Assembly: GCA_002426885.1 (NCBI GenBank)
Contig: DINU01000003.1
Coordinates: 17,634-81,633, forward strand
Length of the DNA: 64,000 nucleotides
Source of the DNA: Patescibacteria group bacterium UBA5532
GTDB taxonomy: Bacteria; Patescibacteriota; Gracilibacteria; BD1-5; UBA2023
Reading direction: 5' to 3'
Shown: piece after piece, positions 24,271-34,632 of the stretch
Layout: every line of letters begins with the position of its first letter
How positions within the stretch are numbered: the first letter of the stretch is position 1
Program-made: the position numbers and the translations under genes
Notes under the pieces: model-generated
The model's input: only the letters and a program-made list of their open reading frames with translations
What the model was told of the DNA's origin: nothing
The model's database searches: none

Positions 24271-24385
24271 GATAGCATCCATCTCGTCACCGACACTAAT
24301 GATGAGGTCAGGAGTATTTCGTGTTTCCATTTCCAGATTATGTCACAGTATCCTAGAAATGCATGGGATAACGAGCTCTTGAATT

Positions 24386-25147
24386 TTATCTCACCAATCT
24401 ACTCTCTCGTATCCAATCCTCCACATCTTTCTTGGTAATCATCAACTCAGAATAACCCATTCTCTCAACTTTTTTATTATATTCTTCTATCTGGTATTTA
24501 TTATCATAACAAATCTCGGAGATGCCCCCCCCTGTTCTCTGAATGCCCTTCTTTATTTCTTCCCTTTCTTCCTGTAATGCTGCTGGGGAGACACATGTGA
24601 GATCGATCTCAAATCAAGAATCTTGTGCTCATAGAAGATATGAGCAGAAACTTTCAAAAGAGCCAGCCCATCATTCCTGCCCTTCTTTCAACATTTCTTC
24701 AAAAATGCAGGCAGCAATCATGCCCTGTGTCGCATCACCCATAGCTTCCATATCATCCTCTATCGTGACCCCCTTCATCTCCTTCAAATCAGAAACCAGT
24801 TGTCTGATATAAAATTCCTGAGAATGAAACCAATCAACAATATCCTGTCATCCCCCACCATTCTTTAGCCATTCAGATCGTATTCGAGTCTTAAGAAGCT
24901 TCTTTCTCGATGGAAGCGATATCCGGAGTTCCTCTAGTAACTCGGGTGCTCACGTCTCTGGAAGAAGAGCAAAAAGTCATTCGTAAGTTTTCATTTTTGG
25001 AAAGAATTGAGTATCACGAAAAAAATTCATAAGAGCCTCTTTTTGAATCTTTTTCAATGTATCGACATCTCCCTTTATTGCCATCCTCAGTATCACACCG
25101 ATTGTTCTTAATTCTCAAGCATTAAAAAGTGATAAGTCGTTTACCAT
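24386..25147 (-). CDS. Hypothetical protein (253 aa), orphan
   Basis: Absent from the track (9 in-frame TGA). Verified codon by codon: MVNDLSLFNAGELRTIGVILRMAIKGDVDTLKKIQKEALMNFF...WLKNGGGGQDIVDWFHSQEFYIRQL...GIQRTGGGISEICYDNKYQIEEYNKKVERMGYSELMITKKDVEDWIRESRLVR. TAA at 24386-24388. The start ATG (25147-25145) overlaps the stop of the upstream small ORF. Confidence 0.6.
24525..24532. repeat. Homopolymer C8 (G8 on the coding strand) inside CDS 24386-25147
   Basis: gatgCCCCCCCCtg. It encodes the G-G-G of ...QRTGGGISE... It is the longest G/C homopolymer I noticed in the window. Confidence 0.85.
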
Positions 25148-25290
25148 ATTACCCATCCTCCTGTCATCAAGTGATACTCACACCTTTTCTCGTGTTTCCC
25201 CCTGTATACCAGAAGCTCACCCTCATTCTTGAAGCCCAGCAGGATCCTTCTTGAGGGATACCTCTGCGTCACCTCGATTTGTAGTTGCAT
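25141..25290 (-). CDS. Small ORF (49 aa), possibly translationally coupled to the downstream 253-aa gene
   Basis: MQLQIEVTQRYPSRRILLGFKNEGELLVYRGKHEKRCEYHLMTGGWVIW. TAA at 25141-25143. The next ATG is embedded in ATGGTAA. In table 25 the frame also stays open upstream to 25500 (track ORF 25291-25500), so the start is uncertain. Confidence 0.3.
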   Translation of the reverse strand: MQLQIEVTQRYPSRRILLGFKNEGELLVYRGKHEKRCEYHLMTGGWVIW

Positions 25291-25537
25291 TCATAGTGAA
25301 AAGTTTATGGAATAAAACTCGTAAGTTATACGCATTACTCGATCAAATACAAGTTTATTTTCTGATATCGCTGGGGATCGAGCAGAAACTCCTCTTTGTG
25401 AGCGTCTCGCACATGCGAAAAACCGAGTAAAATGATCTCCCAAAGGATCGAGACATATTATAGAACATGAGCTGAATGTATTTCCCTTTGAGAAATACAT
25501 TTTTTCTCTATACTTCGCTCAGTACCTTATCTCGGAG

Positions 25538-27832
25538 ATGTCTCGCCGAAAAATCATCGATCTCAGCCCGCGCACATCACAGACTCTCGATCTGACTCAT
25601 TTTTTTATCACGCCTGCAGTATCCGCTCCATACGACCGACGATACCATTTTTCTGATATCATGACTGGGCTCCGAGATATCATAAATGTGTACACTCCAC
25701 AGGAGTTACAAGTCGATCGATTCGAGACACTTGATGCACTCGATCTCGCGAATCCTGAGCTTTTTGTACATGCGCCCGTCGCATGGTGGAAATTCTGGAA
25801 AAAAGAGACTTCCCGTGAGAAAGTCATCGATCTCGTTCCGAAGCTAAATATTCCATTTGGCGGACTCGATATCCGGTGGATCGAGGGGCGGACGATCCTC
25901 TCATCCGGTGAAAATCAGGAACATGAAAAAGTTCTCTTTTCTTTTACGAGACCACACACATATCCTGATCTCTTCGTGCGCTCGCTCCCATGGGAACGGA
26001 AGATTCTTCGGTTTTTTCGTGTACGAAAACGTCTCTGGAAAGGAACGGCATATACGCTCGGGATTGTCCTGCTTTCGTGACTTCTTTTCGGGATTCCTTT
26101 TTTCGAATACATGAAGTATTCCTTCCAGGATGCAGAGTATCGCCTCGTGCATATCCTCTCTGCGACTGGAAATACTGATATTCGGGATGACGCACTTCAG
26201 GCACGAACGACGTTTGAGCGAGCAAATATTTTTCTCTCGCCTTTTTTCCTTCTGCTCGATAATCCACTCATCCAGGTCGATCAAGTGGGGAGCATACGCG
26301 CACTGATACATGCGGGACTCTCGGCGACACGTGGGATCGATGCGATCGCGCGGACGCTTCCGCCATGATTCGTGGCACCGACGGAGACTGGTGCGACGAG
26401 TGAGACTGATCCGCTTTCGCCGAGTTATCGCGCGCCGGCGGAAGATATTTTCCCTCTGAGTCGCTATGGTATCTCGAGTCCGACGCGGTGGTACAGAGAG
26501 AATCGTGGATCGATCATGACTTTTTTCGATGAGGTAAAAAATGCGAGCCAAGCGCTCGAGTCCTTCTCGACTATCGGCGATGCAGAGAAAGATGCTCGGA
26601 TTCATGATCTCGGTCTGACACTCGGGCGATTTGTGAAGTACAGCCAGTTTCTACGGGATCATGAGGCAGAAATCCTCCGCATGCTCGGAAGTGAAGGTCC
26701 AGTGCGTTATATCGTCTTTAATCAAAATCGTGATGAGATCCGTGCAAACGGTGGATTCCCGGGGACGATTTTTACTTTTACACTCTTTCAGGGAAATATC
26801 CTCGAGTATCGAAAAGATGATGTCTACTACTACGACTGGAATCTTTTCCCGAATGCGGAAGTCCCACCTGCGGGACTCGAGAACTTCGAGACGTTCTGAC
26901 TCCGAGATGTGACATACTATCCGATATTTCGTGAGAGTCTCGAGAAGGCGAATAGCTTCATCGAGAAATCATGAGAGTCGAGCGTCACGACTGGGATCGC
27001 GATCAATCAGGGGATGATCGAGGAGATTCTCGCTGTCGTCTGACCGGTCTCTGTCTCGGGCGTCGTCGATCCATTCACGAGCGAGAATTTTTCTTCTCTG
27101 ATGTCGACACTCGTCGAAGCGAAATACGCGAAGGAAAAAACACCGAAAGATATCCTCTTTACCTTCGTCGAGGCACTCGAGAAGAGGGTCCTGACGGAAG
27201 GAAAAATCGATGACGTCCTCGCGATCCTCGAGAAAAATCTCCAAAATGGAGAAATCCTGATTCGCTCTCGTGATGAAGAGACGGACGCATTTCTGAGGTC
27301 TTTCGGTATTTTCGATACATTCGTCGCGGATCCAGAGAACTGGGTCTATCCGATCTTTACGAATGTCGGCGGAAATAAATCCGATCGCTTCGTCACGCGA
27401 TCGATCCGCCGAACCACAGAAGCCATCGGCGAATGTGAGATAGAGAATACTCTCACGATCAGGAGTACACATAGCTTCACCGGATCCGATGAGGCGCGCA
27501 TCATCTCATACATGGATCATCTCAGCATCACGGGCACGACCGTCCGAGAGAAGCTCCTCTCCATCGAGTGAGATGCGACAAATAAAGCATTTGTCCGGAT
27601 CGTAGCTCCATTCGGATCATCACTCACAGATGATACAGCCGGTGTGACGAGCGATACGTCGCGACTCGACTATGCGATGTTCGCATTCGAGATCGATACG
27701 CCCGTCGGTACGACGACCGAGCGAACGATCCGATATATTTCGCACCCGACGAGTTGTGAAGCGATAGGAAAGATATACAAACAGCCGGGACTCAGAGTGG
27801 AGGGTTATTGAGACGTATAAATTTTACTCCTA
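25538..27832 (+). CDS. Large membrane-anchored protein (764 aa), DUF4012-like
   Basis: Track ORFs 25538-26080, 26111-26368, 26372-26899 and 27101-27571 are in one frame, joined by TGA (7 in total). TM helix: GTAYTLGIVLLSGLLFGIPFF. Central block YIVFNQNRDEIRANGGFPGTIFTFTLFQGNI resembles the Q-N-x-x-E-x-R-x-x-G-G-F-x-G core I associate with DUF4012. TAA at 27830-27832. The family call is tentative; the CDS itself is solid. Confidence 0.7.
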
Positions 27833-27945
27833 ATTCTTTCTACATAACCTGGTTAAGGCTTACATATTAACTTATTTTTAATTTTTTCGTTTTTAAAAAT
27901 AGAAGAGGAGTTGGGGTAAATTCCATTTTTCCAAAACTCCTATTT

Positions 27946-29247
27946 TTATGCAGATAGTTTTTCTTGAATCGCGTTACTTAATTTTTTTTGAACTGAAGTG
28001 AATCCATCTTTTAATTGGGGATTAACAATCGGTTGATCATTTCCTGGTTTTACAGAAAAATAAAGGTATGTGTTGCCATGTTTTTCACCATCACTCCCTT
28101 CTTTTTTCGACTCATAAAATAATTTATTCCCAACTCGAATTGTTTTAGAATCATAATTACCCCTTTGTCCTAATTTGATGCTTAGAATTACAGGAAAATT
28201 ATCTATCCTGACAACATACGGATGATTATATTCTTCTTTAATATCTCCTCCTGATATTTGTGCTAATTTTGTAATTTGTTCAGCAGATAAAACTCCCCCT
28301 AATATTTCTTCTAAATCTATTCCAACCCAGTTTGTGTTTCCCACTGTTGAAAGATGATATTCTTCTCCTTTTCCAATAAGTGCTCTTTCTGCCCCCATTG
28401 CTTCTGCTAATTGAATTTCTGGCTCATTCCCGACACGGGGGGCACCAATCCCCAACACGAACTTATCGCTTCGTTGTTTAACAGTTACGTTTGTTTTCAA
28501 GAAACAACCTTGTTCATCACAATCATAAGCATGGTTCCAATTTCCACCACTTGCCTTTATTTGTGCAATCATATCTTCTACAAATTGAGAGAGATTATCT
28601 CCCTCTCCGCTCGAGCTTGCAAAAGCTACTCCTTCTGTGCCATACACATCTTCAATATCCCCCAGCTGTTGTTGTTGAGTAGCATTGCTTTTGGGGGCAA
28701 CACCCTGTTCGTAGGCACGAAGCATTTCTCCAACATTTTCGAGAGAATCACAAATAATACCACTTTTATACTCCGTTGTCTCTCGACTTAAGATAATTGA
28801 AAGTGATTTTTCTTCTCGTACAGCTTCTGGAATCTTTTGTTTAATAAATTCATCAAGCATTGCTTCAACTTGTTTACGATTACCGCTTATTTCTCCAATA
28901 ATTCTTTGTCGGTTACTATCATTAAGAGTTATACCAACTTTATCACCAGTTTTCTGAATAAGGTCAGCTAAACTAATAGCACTAACACCTATTTCAAAAC
29001 CACAAAAATTTGCTATTCATGTATTTAAGGTAGAAAGTACTATGTGCCCAGCTAGATGATGGTATCCTGGGTTTTTGCCTGTATCGCCAATAGGATATAC
29101 AATTGATCCTCTTTGGTAATTATTTCCAGCATGTTCGCCCCTCAAGGTTACCCATGGATTTTGTGTATCAACTGGGCATTTACGTCCTTGATAATCAATG
29201 AGGTAATCTAGTGAATCATCTCTCCCCCCGCTTGGGCCGTTTTCCAT
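27946..29247 (-). CDS. Orphan protein (433 aa) on an AT-rich island
   Basis: Track ORFs 29017-29247 and 27946-28860 are in one frame, joined by a single TGA (29017-29019) plus 52 open codons. MENGPSGGRDDSLDYLIDYQGRKCPVDTQNPWVTLRGEHAGNNYQRGSIVYPIGDTGKNPGYHHLAGHIVLS... No signal peptide or TM. No motif I recognise. TAA at 27946-27948. Confidence 0.75.
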
Positions 29248-29260
29248 AATTAATTTCTGA

Positions 29261-29291
29261 AAAAATAGTAATTCACATTATTACTATTTTT
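29261..29291. repeat. Perfect 12-bp inverted repeat (AAAAATAGTAAT-N7-ATTACTATTTTT)
   Basis: Left arm 29261-29272, right arm 29280-29291. Lies between the MFS stop (29336) and the island gene start (29247), at the GC-content step. Confidence 0.8.
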
Positions 29292-29335
29292 ATAATTATG
29301 TCAAATATTTTTTGTTCCAATCCACCACACATACA

Positions 29336-30520
29336 CTACCCCCCTCTTTCCCCCGAATACTTCACCGAGTAGGAAATCATCGCGATCATCGCGAGAAACG
29401 CCATTCCAGAGCCAAAATAAAAAGGTGTACTCGAGCTGACATGATCATAGAGGAGCCCTGCGATAAGATTCGCAGGGAGCAGTGTAATCCCGAGGACAGC
29501 GTAGTAGAGGCCATAACTCGTTCATCGCACCTCTTTTCCGACGATATCCGAGATCATCGCCTTCTGTGTCCCGTCTGTCAGCGCACTATAAAATCCGTAG
29601 AGAACGAAGAGAAAGAGGAAAATACCGATCGTATGAAAATATCCGAAACAGAAATACACGAGTGAGAAAAGTGCAAAACCGAGAATCAGAAGATTTTCCC
29701 TCCTGATATGATCAGAGATTTTCCCGATCGGGACAGCGAGCGAGACAGAGACGACATGAAAGATCATGTATACAAAAGGAATATACGAGGAATCGATCCC
29801 TGTCTCAGTCGTCCGAACGAGGAGCAGTGCATCAGCAGAATTCCCAAGTGTGAAGAGAAAAAGAATCCCGAGAAAAAAGTAGAATTTCCGCGGAAGTGCC
29901 CGAAGTGAAGTCCGGACAGTGCGTGATGACTGCTGGGCGGGAGCTCCTGCTTCGCGAATGAAGAGGACGATCGTGATAACTCCGAGAATCGCCGGGATCG
30001 TCGCGAGGAGAAATACCATGCCATAATCGAGCGGAAATACGAAGAGCACGAGAGACGCGATAAGCGGTCAGAGTATCGCTCCACTATTATCCATCGCCTT
30101 ATGAAATCCGAAGCCCTTCCCAACTTCATTCGCGCTGATCGACGCCGTGATGAGACTGTCACGCGGAGCATTGCGAACGCCTTTTCCGATGCGCTCGAGA
30201 AAACGAAACCAGAGAATCTGCATCGGTGTCCCGATAAAAGCATAGAATGGTGTCACGAGAGCGGTGATACCGTACCCGAGAATCATGAAGGGTTTATTTT
30301 TTCCGATTTTGTCACTCCAATATCCAGAGAGAATCTTCAGAAGTGAAGCCGTGCTCTCAGCGACACCTTCTATAAGGGAGATCGTCGTCTTCGAAGCTCA
30401 GAGTGAGAGGAGAAATAACGGCATCACACTATAGACCATTTTCGTCGAGGTATCCGTAAAAAAGCTCGTCAGTCCAGTGAAGAAGATATTCGGACTGAGT
30501 CCGAGAATACGTTTTTGCAT
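29336..30520 (-). CDS. MFS transporter (394 aa)
   Basis: MQKRILGLSPNIFFTGLTSFFTDTSTKMVYSVMPLFLLSLGASKTTISLIEGVAESTASLLKILSGYWSDKIGKNKPF... 12-TM layout. Track ORFs 30068-30286 and 29522-30049 are joined by TGA. TAG at 29336-29338. Confidence 0.85.
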
Positions 30521-30708
30521 GAAAAAAGAAGAAACCATCGGCATTGTAACATGTTTTCTATCTGGATGCAAACAGGGGGAATTTTTTCTTTTTTTATATG
30601 TATAAAACTATGAATCAGACGAAAACCGAAGAAATCAATCAAATCCTTGCTCTCGCAGGGAATTTTTCTATAATCATGGGGATTATTTTTCTTTCTCCGA
30701 TGGCACCC

Positions 30709-31881
30709 ATGAATATTACCTGTCCGAACTGTGGACACACCTTCTCGCTCGACGATGTCCAGAAACATGAGATGGAAGAGCTCCGTCAGGAAATGCAGAA
30801 GAAGCTCGAAGTCGAGATAGAAGCCGAGATGAAGAAGCGTGCTTTCGCATGGGCGCAGAAAGAAGTCGAGCGGACAAAACTCGAAGCAGAAGAACGCGGA
30901 AAACAGCAGTCGATCGAGCTCGAGACACTTCGAAAACGTGATGAAGAAGCACGCAAGAAGGAGGAGACTTTTCTCCGTGAACATGGCGAGTATGAGAATC
31001 TGAAGAAAAGTGTCGAAATCGAGAAAGAAAAGGCACGTCTCGAAGAGCGGAAAAAACTCGAGGAAGAATTTACGAAACAAGCGCAAGAGAAGACACAGCT
31101 CGAGCTCGAGAAGGAACGACTCGAATACGAGAAGAAGCTCCGTGCGAAAGATGAGCAGATGGAGCAGATGAAGCGCGCGATCGAGGATGCGAAGCGGAAG
31201 TGAGAGCAGTGATCGATGCAGATTCAGTGAGAAGTCGGAGAAGGATGACTCCGTGCACTCCTCGAAAGCACTTTTCCATACGATACGATCACGGATGTCG
31301 AGCGCGGTATCAAGTGAGCCGATATTATCCAGGAAGTCAGGAATGATCTCGGGCAGTCCGTCGGGATTATCGCCTGGGAATCGAAAAACACGAAGGCATG
31401 GAGCGAAGGCTGGATCACGAAAATGAAGGAAGATCGTCTCCGTGTCAATGCATCACTCTCGATTCTCGTGACCTCGGTCATGCCGAAGTGAGTCGAGCGA
31501 TTCGGTCTCTACGATGGGATCTGGGTCGTGGACTGGAGTTATGTTCGTGAGGTCGCGTCGATCCTCCGATCCCAGCTCCTCGAGATTGCTATGATCGAGA
31601 ACTCACACGAAGGACGAGAAGAACGCCTCGAGGTCGTTTTCCGATATCTGACTTCCGCGAAGTTCCGAGATAAGATGGAAAATATTATCGATGCGTTTCA
31701 GCTCATGCAGGATCAGGTCGCTGAAGAGCGTCGTGCCTTCGAATCACGCTGGAAAAAACGTGAAGAGCTCCTCGATCGTGTCCTTCGAAACACCTCAGGA
31801 ATGTATGGAGAAATCGGAGGTATCCTCGGCGCGAAACTCCAGAAGATCGACTATCTCGAGATCGGGGAATGAGAACTATAG
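30709..31881 (+). CDS. DUF2130 domain protein (zinc ribbon, coiled coil, nuclease-like C-terminal domain)
   Basis: MNITCPNCGHTFSLDD, then a long E/K coiled coil, then MQIQGEVGEGGLRALLESTFPYDTITDVERGIKGADIIQEVRNDLGQSVGIIAWESKNTKAWSEGWITKMKEDRL...ILVTSVMPKG, matching the DUF2130 core. 6 internal TGA plus TGA at 31870, followed by GAA CTA TAG (31879-31881). The start could instead lie upstream, at the 30598 start used by the ORF track. Confidence 0.75.
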
Positions 31882-31995
31882 TATAAGTATACGGAATGAA
31901 GCTAAAAAAATATCAGCTTTATCATTGCCTCGCACGAGTGGAAATCTATGCTGATCTTGAATTCCTGTAAAGAATCAAATACAATGCCAGGGAAG

Positions 31996-32023
31996 CTGGA
32001 TTCTGGGATAAAAACCTGGAATG
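31996..32023. repeat. Short dispersed intergenic repeat, copy A (CTGGATTCTGGGATAAAAACCTGGAATG)
   Basis: Near-identical to 63534-63560. The 3' half, GATAAACCTGGAATG, recurs at 32148-32162. Confidence 0.7.
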
Positions 32024-32138
32024 ATATAGTCGGGAATCATTCTCTCATGAATGAGGGTGAAACACTGGGACAAAAAGACAAGCCTATGAAAAAGTAAAAA
32101 ACTCAAATTCTCTGGAAAGAGCCGAATACAAAAATTGT

Positions 32139-32162
32139 GAATTCCGAGATAAACCTGGAATG
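32139..32162. repeat. Short dispersed intergenic repeat, partial copy (GAATTCCGAGATAAACCTGGAATG)
   Basis: Shares GATAAA(AA)CCTGGAATG with 32007-32023 and GGATAAACCTGGAAT with 63545-63559. Same 350-nt non-coding gap. Confidence 0.65.
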
Positions 32163-32232
32163 CTAGATCTTGATCTTATTCAAGTAAAAATACTATATCT
32201 GAGCGAGAAATCGAATTCTCACCCCTACAATC

Positions 32233-32991
32233 CTATCAAATCCCTTCCATCAGTTCCAAAAATTTCTCTGGAAAAAGCAGAACCCAGTCATGATTACCTT
32301 CCACATATTGAGTTGCTGAATTTTTTATGCGTCGAGAAAATTCCTCTGCATGTGTACGAGGAAAAAGTTCATCAGTATCTCCCCAGAGAATATGCGTCGG
32401 CTGTGTAATCTGCTCGAACGCCTGCGTCTTTCCATAGATCGAGAAGGTGGTTATTTTCCATATTTTCCGAGAGGAGGAAAGCCGACCTAAGATTCCGGAG
32501 CAAAAATCAGAAAGCGCCATGAGAGTGATCTTCTTATTTTTAAAGAGAAAAAAACCACGCCATGTCTTCTGAGCAAGACGAAACAAGAAGCGTCTCGAGG
32601 AATAGCCTGGTAAAATCCCCGCGGAATCGATGAGTATGAGCCTGGAAATTCTCTCGCTTTTCGATGCGAGATGCAGTGCGATTCCACCACCAAAAGAATG
32701 ACCGACTAAAATACAGTTCTGTATATCGAGAATATTGAGAAATCGAGAAAAAAGATTCGCAAAATCATCAAAATTCCAGAGTGTATCGGGCGTATCAGAT
32801 CTTCAGAAGCCAGGAATATCTGGCGCAATAACAGTATATTTCTCTGCAAGAAGCTCAATATTTCTTCTGTATGTCATCGCTCGAAGACCTCCACCATGGA
32901 GAAAAAGAAGTGACTTCCCTGCTCCACATACGAAGTATCGGATACGAATTCCATCGATGACGAGAAATCTCTCTTCGAAGTCTTTCTTCAT
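32233..32991 (-). CDS. Alpha/beta hydrolase (252 aa)
   Basis: LLFLHGGGLRAMTYRRNIELLAEKYTVIAPDIPGFG (oxyanion H-G-G region). Nucleophile elbow: LVGHSFGGGIALHLA. Late His in GNHDW. Track ORFs 32803-32991 and 32236-32586 are in one frame. TGA at 32236 is immediately followed by TAG at 32233-32235. Confidence 0.8.
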
Positions 32992-33000
32992 GAAATAAAA

Positions 33001-34068
33001 TTATTTTACCACGCTCTTTGTGGTATCTGCCGTAAGTTGTGCTTTTACATTTTTCTCGAGACGTTCCTGGAGTCCATTGTTAATCTCGATCAGGTCTTTT
33101 ACTTGCTCGATCTCCTTCTCGTCTTTCAGAGTTTTTAGTTTTTCCTTCAGAGCATCTTGTTTCTTGTAGATTTCTTTCAGAGAATCCTTTTTGGTCTCGA
33201 TCTTCTCCGACTTGATCGCCTCATCGAATATCAGCTTCTCTGGGAGTGTCTCCTTCGTGACATGCGTCTCTGTAATATGTTTCGGGATAAATTGTTTCTC
33301 ATCGACGCGTCGCTGATTTGCAAAAGTCGGTGAGACAATCTCTATATGCGCGTCGTGTAATTTATCCATGACTTCTGCCTTCAGAAGCGATGTCGAGCTG
33401 AAATACTTCGTGCTGTCTTCGAGAAATCCATGAATCTCATACGTCACCGAAAAATCCCCAAGATTCGTAATGTACATATATGGATCAGTCAGTCCAGCTC
33501 CGTGAGCCGCGTCCTGAAGCGCCTTCTCGACTCGATCCCGCGATATATCATATCCAAGCGATACTGAAGCAGAGATGACAGTATTCGATTTTCGGATCAG
33601 TTTCACAGGATTATTCGCGATGAATAGATTCGGGATCGTGGTAAAGTTACTATCCTCGAGCTGAATCTCCGTATGAAACACGCTCTTGCGAATGACGCGG
33701 CCATGCAGATTTCCGATCTTGATAAGATCACCATTTCGGAAGCGATTCATGGAATTATTCATGATTCCAGCGATCAGATTCCCGAGGATCGTCGTCGAGC
33801 TGAGGGCGATGCCCGCACTCGTGATAATCCCGAAGAATGTCAGTATCTGTCCTTTTAGTGCCTTATCGACTGGAAGAACGAGGATAAAAACCAGGGTACC
33901 GACAAAAATAAGAAGAAAAGCGATAACTCCTTTTGTGATATTTTCATTCGATGTGATGAATGTGATCTTCTTAAAAATCCAGGAATTCAGGGCGAGTAAA
34001 AATATCAGGGCTACGAGCACGATCGCTGGCTGAAGTACAAGTTCGAAAATGGTAAAAGAAGATTCCAT
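33001..34068 (-). CDS. Mechanosensitive ion channel, MscS family (355 aa)
   Basis: Intact ORF. 3 N-terminal TM helices, pore-helix block GIALSSTTILGNLIAGIMNNSMNRFRNGDLIKIGNLHGRVIRKSVFHTEIQ, then a beta-domain. No in-frame TGA. TAA at 33001-33003. Confidence 0.85.
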   Translation of the reverse strand: MESSFTIFELVLQPAIVLVALIFLLALNSWIFKKITFITSNENITKGVIAFLLIFVGTLVFILVLPVDKALKGQILTFFGIITSAGIALSSTTILGNLIAGIMNNSMNRFRNGDLIKIGNLHGRVIRKSVFHTEIQLEDSNFTTIPNLFIANNPVKLIRKSNTVISASVSLGYDISRDRVEKALQDAAHGAGLTDPYMYITNLGDFSVTYEIHGFLEDSTKYFSSTSLLKAEVMDKLHDAHIEIVSPTFANQRRVDEKQFIPKHITETHVTKETLPEKLIFDEAIKSEKIETKKDSLKEIYKKQDALKEKLKTLKDEKEIEQVKDLIEINNGLQERLEKNVKAQLTADTTKSVVK

Positions 34069-34142
34069 CGAGAGAGGACTGAAGTTCTAGCAGATAGACT
34101 CAGTGTATCAGAACTTTTTCTGGAAAGCAACTTTATGCTCTA

Positions 34143-34628
34143 TTATGACAGCGTTTTTACCACCGTGATATTTCTATCTTGATACCCAAGTTTTTGGTAG
34201 AAGTTATGCGCGATTTTATTCGGGACAAAAACCTCGATCGAGATGAGTGTACATTTCTCGTCTTGAAAATATTTTTCTATTGCGTGCATCAGTGAAAAAC
34301 CTATTTTTTCCCCACGATATCCTTCATCCACAAAAAGCTCCAGAATCACCCCGCATTTCGTCGGAATCATCTCGAGCTCTTCCTCTTCTGAAGTATCCTC
34401 GATAATCCCTGCGATCATACCGACGGGAATATTCCCACGCTTTGCGATGAAGATTTTCCCCTGTTTTTCGGAAATCTTCTGAAGTAATGTGGGGAAATAT
34501 GTGGGTCCGTACTGAGGCAGTCGGCGGAGTCTCTCGAGTGGATCGATCGCGACAAGATAATCCTGTAGCGCTTCGAGAAATTCTATAAGCGCCACTGCGT
34601 CGTCTCCATACTCGGTAATCTGTATCAT
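34143..34628 (-). CDS. GNAT family N-acetyltransferase (161 aa)
   Basis: Intact ORF. Acetyl-CoA motif A: ELFVDEGYRGEKIGFSLMHAIEKYF. Terminal NFYQKLGY motif. Confidence 0.85.
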   Translation of the reverse strand: MIQITEYGDDAVALIEFLEALQDYLVAIDPLERLRRLPQYGPTYFPTLLQKISEKQGKIFIAKRGNIPVGMIAGIIEDTSEEEELEMIPTKCGVILELFVDEGYRGEKIGFSLMHAIEKYFQDEKCTLISIEVFVPNKIAHNFYQKLGYQDRNITVVKTLS

Positions 34629-34632
34629 ACAA

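Noticed and set aside
25901-26605. 234-aa minus-strand ORF
   Set aside because: It is antisense to the 764-aa DUF4012-like gene. It has an R/S-rich junk-like translation.
30469-31086. 205-aa minus-strand ORF
   Set aside because: It is antisense to the E/K coiled-coil of the DUF2130 gene. Its F/L-rich translation is the mirror of GAA/AAG repeats.
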